Assembly: GCA_963836235.1 (NCBI GenBank) | Contig: CAWIIP010000002.1 | Span: forward strand, 288,001-352,000 | Length of the DNA stretch: 64,000 nucleotides | From: an uncultured Pseudomonadota bacterium | GTDB lineage: Bacteria; Oederibacteriota; Muellerivitia; Muellerivitales; Muellerivitaceae | Reading direction: 5' to 3' | Shown: piece by piece, positions 51,398 to 60,411 of the stretch | Layout of the letters: every line of letters starts with the position of its first letter | Position numbering within the stretch: the first letter of the stretch is position 1 | Notes under the pieces: generated by a model | Database searches by the model: none | Told to the model about the DNA's origin: nothing | The model's input: only the letters and a program-made list of their open reading frames with translations | Made by a program: the position numbers and the translations under genes

Positions 51398-52780
51398 ATG
51401 TTTGAGCAATTAACCGAAAAAATCCAAAAGGTTTTCAAGAACCTCCGCGGCCAGGGAAAAATTAGCGAGGAGAATATTCAGGAAGCTCTCAAGGAAGTCC
51501 GGCTCGCCCTTCTTGAGGCCGACGTCAATGTCGAAACGGTGAAACTTTTCTTGGAAAGGGTCAAGGCCAAGGCCCTCGGCAAAGAAGTGACCCTGAGCCT
51601 CACCCCAGGCCAGGTGATGGTAAAGATAGTTCATGAGGAATTAATTGCGCTTTTGACGCCTAAGGACAAAAACGCCAACAAACTTAAATTTGCTCCAGCC
51701 CCTCCCACGCTTATCCTTTTAGCCGGTCTTCAGGGAACGGGCAAAACCACTACCGCCGCCAAGCTGGCCCTGTGGCTTAAAAAAGACGGACGCAAACCGG
51801 GTTTAGTGGCCGCGGACTTGGTGCGCCCGGCGGCCATCAACCAATTAGCGGCGCTCGCCCAGGAAATCGGGGTTCCCTGCTTTAGGCCCGAAACCGGGGA
51901 AAAGGCTTTGGACGTTTGCCAAAGGGCGGTCAAAACTTGCCTCCAAAACGACGCGAACATCCTGATCTTGGACACGGCGGGCCGCCTGCAAATTGACGAA
52001 CAAATGATGAACGAGATCTCTGAAATTCAAAAAAAACTGAAGCCCACCAATATCATGCTGGTGGTGGACGCCATGACGGGCCAAAACGCCGTTCAAGTGG
52101 CGACGGCTTTCCACGCGAGGCTCCCCTTAACCGGCCTGGTCTTGACGAAAGCCGATGGCGACGCCCGTGGAGGGGCTATCTTTTCCATCACATCGGTGAC
52201 CGGGGTCCCAATTCAATTCGTGGGTGTCAGTGAGAAAATGGATGGATTAGAAGCCTTTTACCCGGACCGTATGGCTTCCCGGATTCTGGGCATGGGCGAC
52301 ATGCTGACACTCATTGAAAAAGCCGAGGAAGTGGCCCGCCAATCGGCCTTTGATAAACAAAAGATGGCCAAAGGGTCCGACTTCAACCTGGACCACTTGC
52401 TGGACCAGCTTCGCCAACTCAAGAAAATGGGTTCCATGGAAGAAATCATTAACATGCTTCCCGGGGACCATGCGCAGAAAAAACAAATGGCGGCCAACGC
52501 CCCCGACGAGAAGAAAATCAAGCGGATGGAAGCGATTATCCTTTCCATGACGGCCAAGGAACGTCAGTTCCCCCAATTGCTCGACGGTTCCCGTAAGCGC
52601 CGGATCGCGTCAGGAAGCGGCACCCAACCGAGTGAAATCAATACGCTTTTAAAACAATATGACATGATGAAGAAAATGGCCAAAAAGGGTGGCATGGCAC
52701 AGAAAGCCATGAACATGATGGGCGGGGGCATGCCGGGAAGCTTTCCTCCCGGAGGCCTTCCCCCGGGATTTCCTCGTTAA
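51398..52780 (+). CDS. ffh: Signal recognition particle protein Ffh
   Basis: LLEADV, GLQGTGKTT, DTAGR, RILGMGD, M domain SRKRRIASGSG. Confidence 0.97.
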   Translation: MFEQLTEKIQKVFKNLRGQGKISEENIQEALKEVRLALLEADVNVETVKLFLERVKAKALGKEVTLSLTPGQVMVKIVHEELIALLTPKDKNANKLKFAPAPPTLILLAGLQGTGKTTTAAKLALWLKKDGRKPGLVAADLVRPAAINQLAALAQEIGVPCFRPETGEKALDVCQRAVKTCLQNDANILILDTAGRLQIDEQMMNEISEIQKKLKPTNIMLVVDAMTGQNAVQVATAFHARLPLTGLVLTKADGDARGGAIFSITSVTGVPIQFVGVSEKMDGLEAFYPDRMASRILGMGDMLTLIEKAEEVARQSAFDKQKMAKGSDFNLDHLLDQLRQLKKMGSMEEIINMLPGDHAQKKQMAANAPDEKKIKRMEAIILSMTAKERQFPQLLDGSRKRRIASGSGTQPSEINTLLKQYDMMKKMAKKGGMAQKAMNMMGGGMPGSFPPGGLPPGFPR

Positions 52781-52820
52781 TAGATTCTGTTCCATCTTCC
52801 AAAGAAACGTCCGGTACAAG

Positions 52821-52850
52821 TTGACCTTTCAAAAGAACCGGCGATACAAT
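52821..52850 (+). promoter_or_regulatory. Putative sigma70 promoter
   Basis: TTGACC-N18-TACAAT upstream of the TPR gene. Confidence 0.45.
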
Positions 52851-52903
52851 GAACGTTCTCATTTCAATTGACTGAATTCAACCAAGGTTAAACGGCTCGG
52901 CTC

Positions 52904-54832
52904 ATGGGACTTTTCGGCAATAAAGAAGATAAAAAGAAAGAGTTGCTGGAGTCCGCCCAAAAACTCGCCGACCAAGGCGATACCCCTAAAGCCTTGAAAG
53001 AGCTTCAGAAGGCCCTGGAACTTGACCCCAATTACAAAGAAGCCCACACGGCCATGGGCTTCATCTATTCCGATATGGGCCAATCCGACGATGCCGTCCA
53101 GGTTTTTAAAAAAGTCATTTCCATCGACAACAATTCCCCCGAAGCCTGGAACAACTTGGGCCTTATGCTGGCCCGTTCCGAGAAATACAAGGAAGCCATC
53201 AAGACCTTTGAAGACGCCATTGCCCGCAACCCTAAAACAGCCACTTTCTACAATAATTTGGGTAACGTTTATTACGAACTCGGGCAATTTTCCCAAGCCA
53301 TGCAGGTTTTTCAAACCGCCGTTGAGTTGGATCCCTCTTACGCGGAGTCCTACCACCGCTTAGGTATCGACAAGAATACCGCCGGTAATATGGAAGTAGC
53401 GATGAAACGTCTAGAAGAAGCCGCCAAATCCGGAAAAAACAAAGCCAAGGTGGCCTACGATATGGGCACCCTCTACGCCAAACAAGAACTCCACGACAAG
53501 GCCATCAAATCTTTCCAAGACGCAACCCGCCTGGACGGGCGTTTTGAAGCGGCTTACATGGCCATGGGTTTCGCCTACGAACGCAAAGGCGACTTGCAAA
53601 AGGCGCTGGAGACCTTTGCGCAGGTTATCACTCTAAATCCTCAAAGCGCCAAAATTCACAATACGGTAGGACTTATCTACGACAAACTGCGACTTTATAA
53701 ACAGGCTATTAAGGAATACCGAATCGCAATCCAATTGGAGCCGAGTTACGCAAACGCGCATTTCATCTTGGGCCAAGTTTACGAGAACAAGGGGATTATG
53801 GAAAAAGCCGTGGCTGAGTACGAAAAGTTTGTCCGTATCCACGAGACCGGCGCCATGGTGGATGAAGCCAAGTCGCGAATCGCTAAAATAAAGAACATCA
53901 GTCTGGATGAATTAGAAAAATTGCTGAACATGAAGAAGTTAGATGCTCCCGCCAGTGCCGAAACCGCGCCTAAGGAGCCTATTCCTTCTTCCATTGACGC
54001 ACTCTCCAGTCCGACTCCGGCGCCAACACCGCCTAACGCCGCACCCCTACCGGCGGAAACCGGAGGAGTCAAACTGACCGATCCCAAGGAATACTTAAAA
54101 CAAGTTTTGGCCAAAGCTAAGGCCGCCAAAAACCCCCAGGGTACTGCTCCAACCACCGCCTCTTCAACCCAGGCCGCTACCGAAACATCCGAATCCAAAC
54201 CAATGGCCACCGCCGTCTTAACATCTCCTGTTTCAATCCTTGAACCTCCATCGGTGAGCATTCCCTCCATAACCCCGCATTCGACGGGAGTCCCCACTCA
54301 AACCGATCCTATTCCTCCAATCGAATCAGTTCAACCTTCATCCCGGCAAGCCACTGATCTCTCAAAAACCACCTTGCCTCCCATTGTGCCCATAGCTTTT
54401 CAAGCTCAGCCCGTCCCTGTCGTGGAAATATCGGCGGCACCTATAGAATTGGCCGCAACAGAAGTCCTTCATACACCCTATAGCGCCGAAGAAGAAACAA
54501 ACTCCTCTATCCCGGTCTACAATCCAGATCAACCTCTTCCCGCTTCGGCATTGGATGGTTATGTATTAGATGAACAGGAAGTACTCAACGCCATTGTTCA
54601 AGTTGATACCCAAAACGTCGAGCAAGAAGCTCAAGTCCTTGAAGCAGTAGAAGCCATGAGAGCCTCCCACATTACCGGGGATGAACTTTTGGAGGATTCC
54701 CCTCAGATGCCCCCCATACCAATATCCATACCCTCCCTTTCGTCTATCCCTAAGCCACCAACAGCCCCTCCGATCCCAACCCCACTTCCATCCACACCTC
54801 AAAAATCTACGATCAAACACGGCTTTTTCTAA
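52904..54832 (+). CDS. Multi-TPR protein with long Pro/acidic disordered C-terminus
   Basis: About 9 TPRs in the N-terminal half, then low-complexity sequence ending IKHGFF. Confidence 0.85.
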   Translation: MGLFGNKEDKKKELLESAQKLADQGDTPKALKELQKALELDPNYKEAHTAMGFIYSDMGQSDDAVQVFKKVISIDNNSPEAWNNLGLMLARSEKYKEAIKTFEDAIARNPKTATFYNNLGNVYYELGQFSQAMQVFQTAVELDPSYAESYHRLGIDKNTAGNMEVAMKRLEEAAKSGKNKAKVAYDMGTLYAKQELHDKAIKSFQDATRLDGRFEAAYMAMGFAYERKGDLQKALETFAQVITLNPQSAKIHNTVGLIYDKLRLYKQAIKEYRIAIQLEPSYANAHFILGQVYENKGIMEKAVAEYEKFVRIHETGAMVDEAKSRIAKIKNISLDELEKLLNMKKLDAPASAETAPKEPIPSSIDALSSPTPAPTPPNAAPLPAETGGVKLTDPKEYLKQVLAKAKAAKNPQGTAPTTASSTQAATETSESKPMATAVLTSPVSILEPPSVSIPSITPHSTGVPTQTDPIPPIESVQPSSRQATDLSKTTLPPIVPIAFQAQPVPVVEISAAPIELAATEVLHTPYSAEEETNSSIPVYNPDQPLPASALDGYVLDEQEVLNAIVQVDTQNVEQEAQVLEAVEAMRASHITGDELLEDSPQMPPIPISIPSLSSIPKPPTAPPIPTPLPSTPQKSTIKHGFF

Positions 54833-54970
54833 AACCAGTCGGCGACCGATAGCCAGAACTTTTTTAGTTTTTAGGCGCCAGTCGTTAAAGGCGACTATCG
54901 ACTTTTTATCCTTGCGTCTTCAAGGAAGAATCCTACAATTGGGGTGCACCCCATTACCCAAGGAGTTTTT

Positions 54971-55426
54971 ATGCCCGACGTGAGTTATTTGTCCAAATAT
55001 CCTCCCTTTAAATCCTTCGATGGAAATGATTTGGATGCGATGGGTGCGGCGGGAGAGGAAAAGGCAGTCAAAAAAGACGAGTTGGTTTTCGACGAAGATT
55101 CCAAGGGCGACAGTATGTACGTGATTAAATCCGGCGCTGTCAAGATCCTGAAGAAAGTCAAGAACCAGGAAAATACCATCGCCGTTTTAAACCCAGGCGA
55201 ATTCTTCGGCGAAATGGCGCTGTTAGACGGCCTTCCCCGTTCCGCCGCGGTCCGAGCCACCACCGATTCTGAACTTTTTATGGTTTCACTTGATGGCTAC
55301 CAAAAATTGAGAAAAGAAAAACCCCATACCGCTCTGAAATTAATGGATATCATCATCAAGGTTCTTTCCAACCGCCTCCGCCAAGCCAATAAAAATCTTG
55401 AAGTCATCAGCTTCTGGATTGAATAG
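54971..55426 (+). CDS. Stand-alone cyclic nucleotide-binding protein
   Basis: RBS AAGGAG before ATG 54971; FFGEMALLDGLPRSAAVRA; LSNRLRQAN. Confidence 0.88.
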   Translation: MPDVSYLSKYPPFKSFDGNDLDAMGAAGEEKAVKKDELVFDEDSKGDSMYVIKSGAVKILKKVKNQENTIAVLNPGEFFGEMALLDGLPRSAAVRATTDSELFMVSLDGYQKLRKEKPHTALKLMDIIIKVLSNRLRQANKNLEVISFWIE

Positions 55427-55530
55427 TAAAGACAGTTTTCAGTTCTAAGTTAAGCTGAGCAGCAACTTAAAACTTAGAACTCAAAATTTAAAAATTTTTT
55501 CCCTCAAACGGCTAAAAACAGATTGAGAGC

Positions 55531-55562
55531 AAAAAAAAGCCCCGGATGGGGATCCGAGGCTT
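55531..55562 (-). terminator. Intrinsic terminator
   Basis: GCCTCGGAT..ATCCGGGGC followed by a T8 tract on the minus strand. Confidence 0.75.
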
Positions 55563-55626
55563 CAAAGAGGGGGGGATCCCCTCAGTGCCCAGCGGTTAAG
55601 CGGAGCACAAGCTGTCTAAAATGGTG

Positions 55627-55905
55627 TTAATTTTGCTGTTGTTGCTTTTTTACCTGTTCCTCTTCCCATTGCTTACGACGGTTTTCGCGGGCTTCGTCCA
55701 GCTGCATGGCCACAACGATATTTCCGATACGCGCTTGGATATTCTGAAGGGCCTTGTCCTTGCCTCCCCCAAAATCCGGAACCATAACCTCGCCAAAATT
55801 ATTCACGTGGGTTTTGGCGAATACTTTTCCCTGTTTTTCAAAAAGCTCAATCTCAAAATCCTTTTCATGGATGATCACTTTTACTTTTTCCGTCGCTGGG
55901 GCCAT
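55627..55905 (-). CDS. Hypothetical protein (92 aa)
   Basis: Plausible ORF with RBS AGGTG and a downstream terminator. Confidence 0.6.
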   Translation of the reverse strand: MAPATEKVKVIIHEKDFEIELFEKQGKVFAKTHVNNFGEVMVPDFGGGKDKALQNIQARIGNIVVAMQLDEARENRRKQWEEEQVKKQQQQN

Positions 55906-56045
55906 GGGACACCTTTGAATGATTTATTGCGGGCAAAACCGTCAAAAGCGGCTTTGAGGCCGGTATATTAACGATCCCTCCTGGCTTTTGCAAGCCAAAC
56001 CGGCCGCTTTTGGCCAACTTTGTGGTTTTTTCCATGCATATTTTC

Positions 56046-56074
56046 TTGATAAACTTTGGAGGCCTTGTTATATA
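56046..56074 (+). promoter_or_regulatory. Putative sigma70 promoter of comM
   Basis: TTGATA-N17-TATATA with TG extension. Confidence 0.45.
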
Positions 56075-56120
56075 CCCCTCACAACTCCCTCCAAGTTATC
56101 CACAAATTAAGGGTGCGTAA

Positions 56121-57095
56121 ATGCTCGCAAATATCAGAAGCGCCGCTCTCTTGGGGATTGACGCCTATGCCGTCGAGTGCGAGGTCGATATTGCTCCCGG
56201 GCTGCCTACTTTCCAAACGGTAGGATTACCGGACGCCGCCGTCAAGGAATCCAAGGACCGGGTCAAAAGTGCCGTCACCAATTCCCAGTTCAATTTTCCC
56301 GTCCAACGTATCACGGTCAATTTAGCCCCGGCTGACACCAAAAAAGAGGGCCCTTCTTTCGACTTACCCATGGCTGTTGGAATATTGGTGGCTTCCGGCC
56401 GCCTCCCCCAAAAATCGGTCGAGGGTTATTGGATGGTGGGCGAATTGGCGCTCGATGGGAAAATCAGGCCGATTCGTGGGGCTCTTTCTATCGCCCTGGC
56501 TGCCCGGGATGCGGGCGTCAAAGGCTTGTTGGTCCCTTCCGAAAACGCCAAGGAAGCGGCGGTCGTCCAGGAACTTCCCGTCTATGCCGTTAAAAACTTG
56601 AAGGAAACCTTTGAGTTTCTCAATGGGAACAAGCAGTTGCATCCCACCCAGGTCAACATCGAGGAGGAGTTTCGCAATCACTCTAACTACAAGCTGGACT
56701 TTTCCGACGTTAAAGGCCAAGAGAACGCCAAAAGGGCTTTGGAAATCGGGGCTGCCGGCGGACACAATATTTTACTGGTGGGGCCCCCCGGCTCCGGGAA
56801 ATCCATGCTTACCAAGCGTCTTCCTACCATTTTGCCTTCCCTATCCCTGGAAGAAGCCATCCAAACCACCAAAATCCACTCCATCGCGGGTACCTTGGCC
56901 CGGCGCAAGGCCCTCATGGCCACCCGTGCCTTCCGATCACCCCACCATACGGTTTCGGATGCTGGTCTCATTGGCGGCGGGACTATTCCTAAACCAGGCG
57001 AGGTCAGTTTGGCTCACAACGGAGTCCTGTTTTTGGATGAGTTTCCGGAGTTTAATAAAAATGTGCTGGAAGTTTTGCGCCAGCCTTTGGAGGAC
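56121..57095 (+). pseudogene. comM: ComM/YifB Mg-chelatase-like AAA+ ATPase, 5' fragment (325 codons)
   Basis: [46 protein letters not shown], then non-homologous sequence. Confidence 0.93.
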
Positions 57096-57155
57096 TTTCG
57101 GGTAAGCGGAAGATTGCGGCTTTTTGGGTTTAAATTGGAGGTTGCAGAAAGGCAA
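57095..57155. repeat. Left direct repeat (remnant 5' end of a second XRE gene)
   Basis: 54/61 ungapped identity to 60789-60849; minus strand reads [20 protein letters not shown]. Confidence 0.9.
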
Positions 57156-57232
57156 AAAAACCATGCATCTTCGCCTACGCGAATATCATTAACAAAGAGT
57201 GAATCTCGGTTACGATCTTAACTGGTTTTCCA

Positions 57233-57895
57233 TTATTTTTTTAGTCGGCTTACTTTTTTTGGCAATATATATAAACTTTCAATTATGTGGTCAATAATAT
57301 CAATGCAAATTTTTAAGTCCTTTTCTGAATGATCACTTAGCTCATGTAAAGCTTCGTTTCCCAGCAACCTTATTTTATGAAGAAATTCTACCTGTTTATT
57401 GTTTAGAATCCCTTTCTCCGCAAGTCCATTCAGCTTTCCTTCCAATGTGTTCTTTGTTTTTACAAGGCCACTATTTTTATCAACAACAAGCCCTTTTAAA
57501 ACTGATTGTTCCTTGCAAATTCCTTCCAGCACCATTCTAATTCCAGCTGCGCACAAGTGAAAATGATTCGCGTTAAATGCCCAAATTGTTTGGTAGTAGA
57601 TGTTTTCTATGTCTTTCGGCGTTCCAGTAGAAGTTTTAATTTGGATATTATTTATTTTTCTGTCGGGATAAATAAATTCATGATCACCAAAATCATCAGC
57701 ATCCATATAATGCCTAAATGTAATTTGATCGCACCCATTACACCTAATAATTTGAAAAGTGTCATCGGTTTCCATTGCAGTGATATCACCGTCTATTTCA
57801 ACATCTTCATTGGAATGGCTTTTAATTTCTTTTAAAACTTTGTGGTGAGTTTTTCTTTTGCAGGAAAGACAATATACATTCATTAAATTTTCCAT
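57233..57895 (-). CDS. DUF4145 (HEPN-like) protein with N-terminal Zn ribbon
   Basis: CLSC..CNGC, AAGIRMVLEGIC, RLLGNEALH (Rx4-6H). Confidence 0.8.
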   Translation of the reverse strand: MENLMNVYCLSCKRKTHHKVLKEIKSHSNEDVEIDGDITAMETDDTFQIIRCNGCDQITFRHYMDADDFGDHEFIYPDRKINNIQIKTSTGTPKDIENIYYQTIWAFNANHFHLCAAGIRMVLEGICKEQSVLKGLVVDKNSGLVKTKNTLEGKLNGLAEKGILNNKQVEFLHKIRLLGNEALHELSDHSEKDLKICIDIIDHIIESLYILPKKVSRLKK

Positions 57896-57907
57896 TTGAT
57901 TTTCGAA

Positions 57908-58555
57908 TTACAACGGTTCAGTTGGCTGGGATTTTGATTTTGCCCAAAACAAACCCCAGATTTCATTTTCGGAGAATGTTTCATGCAGTAAGACTCTTGC
58001 CCCTTCAAAATGTGCACCACTCGTTGTGACATCGTCTAAAAGAGTTAAAATTTTTCCGCTTTTATGTTTTCTTCGAAAATCTTCATTTATTCGTAACGAA
58101 TCATAAACCGATTTCCAATTACGAGGCTTTTTCGATTCATGAAAGGCTGGCATTTTATCACCTTCCAGAATTGGAAAATATTCAACATTTTGGCATTGTT
58201 TTGCGATGGCCTGAGCAACCAAATCAATACGATCGTCATAGTCTTTATGGGATCTTTGTTTTGAACATGGCATTGGGATAATCAAAAACTTTTCGTCACT
58301 ACGCTTTTTCGAAGTCAAAAAATCCGTTACTTCTTGTGAAAACGTATCAATCGCTCCGTTGCGATATCCAATTCGGTTGCTTGGAGCTTTTTTACCCATT
58401 TGAAAATTGGCGATTAATTGATTGGTCTCGGAGAATCCGAAACCCTTGCCAGGAGTGTATGTTCTTGCATAATAAATGTTTTTTTCTAGGTGACCATTGC
58501 AACAATAAAAATCGTCAGTTTCGTCGGCCTGACGCCACCTTTTTTCATTTTGCAT
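57908..58555 (-). CDS. Phosphoribosyltransferase-like protein (ShosT/ComF-like)
   Basis: IIPMPCSK, LLDDVTTSGAHF PRPP-binding loop. Confidence 0.8.
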   Translation of the reverse strand: MQNEKRWRQADETDDFYCCNGHLEKNIYYARTYTPGKGFGFSETNQLIANFQMGKKAPSNRIGYRNGAIDTFSQEVTDFLTSKKRSDEKFLIIPMPCSKQRSHKDYDDRIDLVAQAIAKQCQNVEYFPILEGDKMPAFHESKKPRNWKSVYDSLRINEDFRRKHKSGKILTLLDDVTTSGAHFEGARVLLHETFSENEIWGLFWAKSKSQPTEPL

Positions 58556-58574
58556 GTTAAACCGATTCCCATAT

Positions 58575-59480
58575 CTAATTTAACGACTGTAGTTCATCTA
58601 CTAATTGTTTATCATCAGTAATTTTTATGGCACCTTTTTTAAGATATGTTTCTGGCCAGTTCAACCCTTTATCAAAACAAGACTTCAAAATAAATAATTT
58701 TTTACCTTGTTTAATGGCGGCTCGTGCCTGAATTAAAGAACCGCTTGTATCAGAAGCTTCAACTATAACTGTTGCCGCACTCAAGGCGGCCATCGTTACA
58801 TTTCTTGCGGGGAAAAAATTTCTTTTGTACTTCCAAAAAGTGCTCAAAGAATTTACATAAAATGGAACTTGGCTTAAAACCAAATACTCTTTAGCAATTT
58901 CTTCTTGGAGTGTTTTATTGTTCTTTGGATAAACTTCATTTAAGGCGGTTCCTAAAACTGCGATAGTTTTGCCTCCATTTTCAATAGTCGCTTGATGTGC
59001 GGCTGAATCAATGCCTTCTGCTAATCCCGACATAACCGTAAATTTATTTTCCACAAGAAGGCTTGCAACTTTTTTCGCTCTTTTAATGCCTTCAGGCGAA
59101 GCTTGTCGAGCACCAACTACAGAGACAATTCTAGATGAAAGTAAGTCTAGCGCTCCACGATAATAAAGAACTTCCAGTGGATACTCCGCCAATCTTAATC
59201 TTTCTGGATATTCAAAATCTTTGTGAAAAATTGCCGAATAACTTTTGAAAGGCATTAACCCATTTATTGTGTTTTTAATTTGTTCGATCTTTTCGTCAAC
59301 AATCCCAACTAATTTCGCAATATTTGATGGCAATTCGTAATTATGACTTTGGAATAGTTCGGCAATTTTTTTAACACTTGGGTATTTCTCCCATAAAGAT
59401 TCATAGGCGGAAATTTCCCAAGTAGGGCGTATCACATCATCTTGATTTTCAAAAAAACCTACCTGAGCACTTGTGTTCAT
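58575..59480 (-). CDS. DprA/Smf-family protein (ShosA-like)
   Basis: YPERL, VVGARQAS, SGLAEGIDSAAH, FPARN, VEASDTSGSLIQA. Confidence 0.9.
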   Translation of the reverse strand: MNTSAQVGFFENQDDVIRPTWEISAYESLWEKYPSVKKIAELFQSHNYELPSNIAKLVGIVDEKIEQIKNTINGLMPFKSYSAIFHKDFEYPERLRLAEYPLEVLYYRGALDLLSSRIVSVVGARQASPEGIKRAKKVASLLVENKFTVMSGLAEGIDSAAHQATIENGGKTIAVLGTALNEVYPKNNKTLQEEIAKEYLVLSQVPFYVNSLSTFWKYKRNFFPARNVTMAALSAATVIVEASDTSGSLIQARAAIKQGKKLFILKSCFDKGLNWPETYLKKGAIKITDDKQLVDELQSLN

Positions 59481-59640
59481 GGAAAATCTCCCCTATTTCG
59501 TGGATGGCGGATAGTATACGGGAGTATACTTTTAAAATTCAAGAGATTCTAATCCTAGCAGAATCAGACCTCATTTTAAGCGGTTTTCCTCTTAATAAAG
59601 TTCCTTAAATCTTCTAAATTATTTAGACCCCCATAAAATA

Positions 59641-60357
59641 TTATTCAGAAAACAAAAGCTGAAACCCATCAACTATTTTTTCATAGTCTATCGCCGTGGA
59701 TGACTCTGTCAGAGTTAGGCCGTTAACGAACCCTATAAATCGTACAGCGCGCTCATATTCTTCCTCGTACATTTTCAGGGTAATCACTTTTGGTGTGCCT
59801 CCAACACTCCCATCCTTTCCCAAAAGAACATAAAGAGAATTTTGTTTTCGTTTATCTTTTTTACCATTAGCAATTTTCATTGCTTCCTCATCCCAATCAG
59901 TACTTCCATAGCTGTATACTGGCCCCCACCTGCCAACTTTTTCAAACTTAAGAATATTCATCGAATCAGCAACTTTGCTTGGTAACCTAAAATCTCCTGT
60001 TTTCATTTGCTCTTTATGTCTCGCAAGCATTTCTTCAAAGTCGGGGGATAAATGGTCGACAATAATACTTAATAAATGTTTACAATTATGGTCGCGAGTA
60101 ATCCGAAGTATGTTTTTATTCCAAGGGATAACACCCTTAGCTACTAAATGAAGCAAAAATCCCTTGGCGCATTCTTCTTGTGAAATTACGGAAAGAAAAT
60201 AAGGCGTAGCCAGAGAATAATCCCACTCTTTTAAATGTTGGCTTTCTTCCAATAATCGATTTGCATTTTCAACACAAACCTTAATTGACCGTGTCCAATT
60301 TTTTTTCTTCTTCAATGTTTTTTCAATCCTAACGTGATGTATCCTGCCTTTTTTCAC
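59641..60357 (-). CDS. AbiV-family abortive infection (HEPN-like) protein
   Basis: ENANRLLEES..L, SQEECAK, DHNCKH, KQNSLYV pattern typical of AbiV. Confidence 0.7.
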   Translation of the reverse strand: MKKGRIHHVRIEKTLKKKKNWTRSIKVCVENANRLLEESQHLKEWDYSLATPYFLSVISQEECAKGFLLHLVAKGVIPWNKNILRITRDHNCKHLLSIIVDHLSPDFEEMLARHKEQMKTGDFRLPSKVADSMNILKFEKVGRWGPVYSYGSTDWDEEAMKIANGKKDKRKQNSLYVLLGKDGSVGGTPKVITLKMYEEEYERAVRFIGFVNGLTLTESSTAIDYEKIVDGFQLLFSE

Positions 60358-60411
60358 ACTATGAAATAGTCGGGTGACAAACCTGATTTTTCCATTTTCC
60401 CTGAAGCCGGA

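Noticed and set aside
51398-52900. SRP RNA (ffs) near ffh
   Set aside because: No SRP helix-8 motif found in the intergenic DNA.
56937-57164. 75-aa minus-strand ORF as a functional gene
   Set aside because: Chimera of an XRE 5' remnant and comM antisense; informative as a scar only.
56121-57221. 366-aa ORF as a complete comM
   Set aside because: The last 41 aa are read-through into the island; the true C-terminus lies at 60855-61340.
57908-59480. dprA + comF as a native competence operon with comM
   Set aside because: AT-rich, antisense, inside the insertion; the PRTase lacks the ComF zinc finger; context fits defence cargo.
57221-60400. Recurring GGTTTTCC-like motif after island genes (57224, 59582, ~60384) as attC-like cassette sites
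   Set aside because: Too short and degenerate for AT-rich DNA, with no consistent spacing or hairpin.
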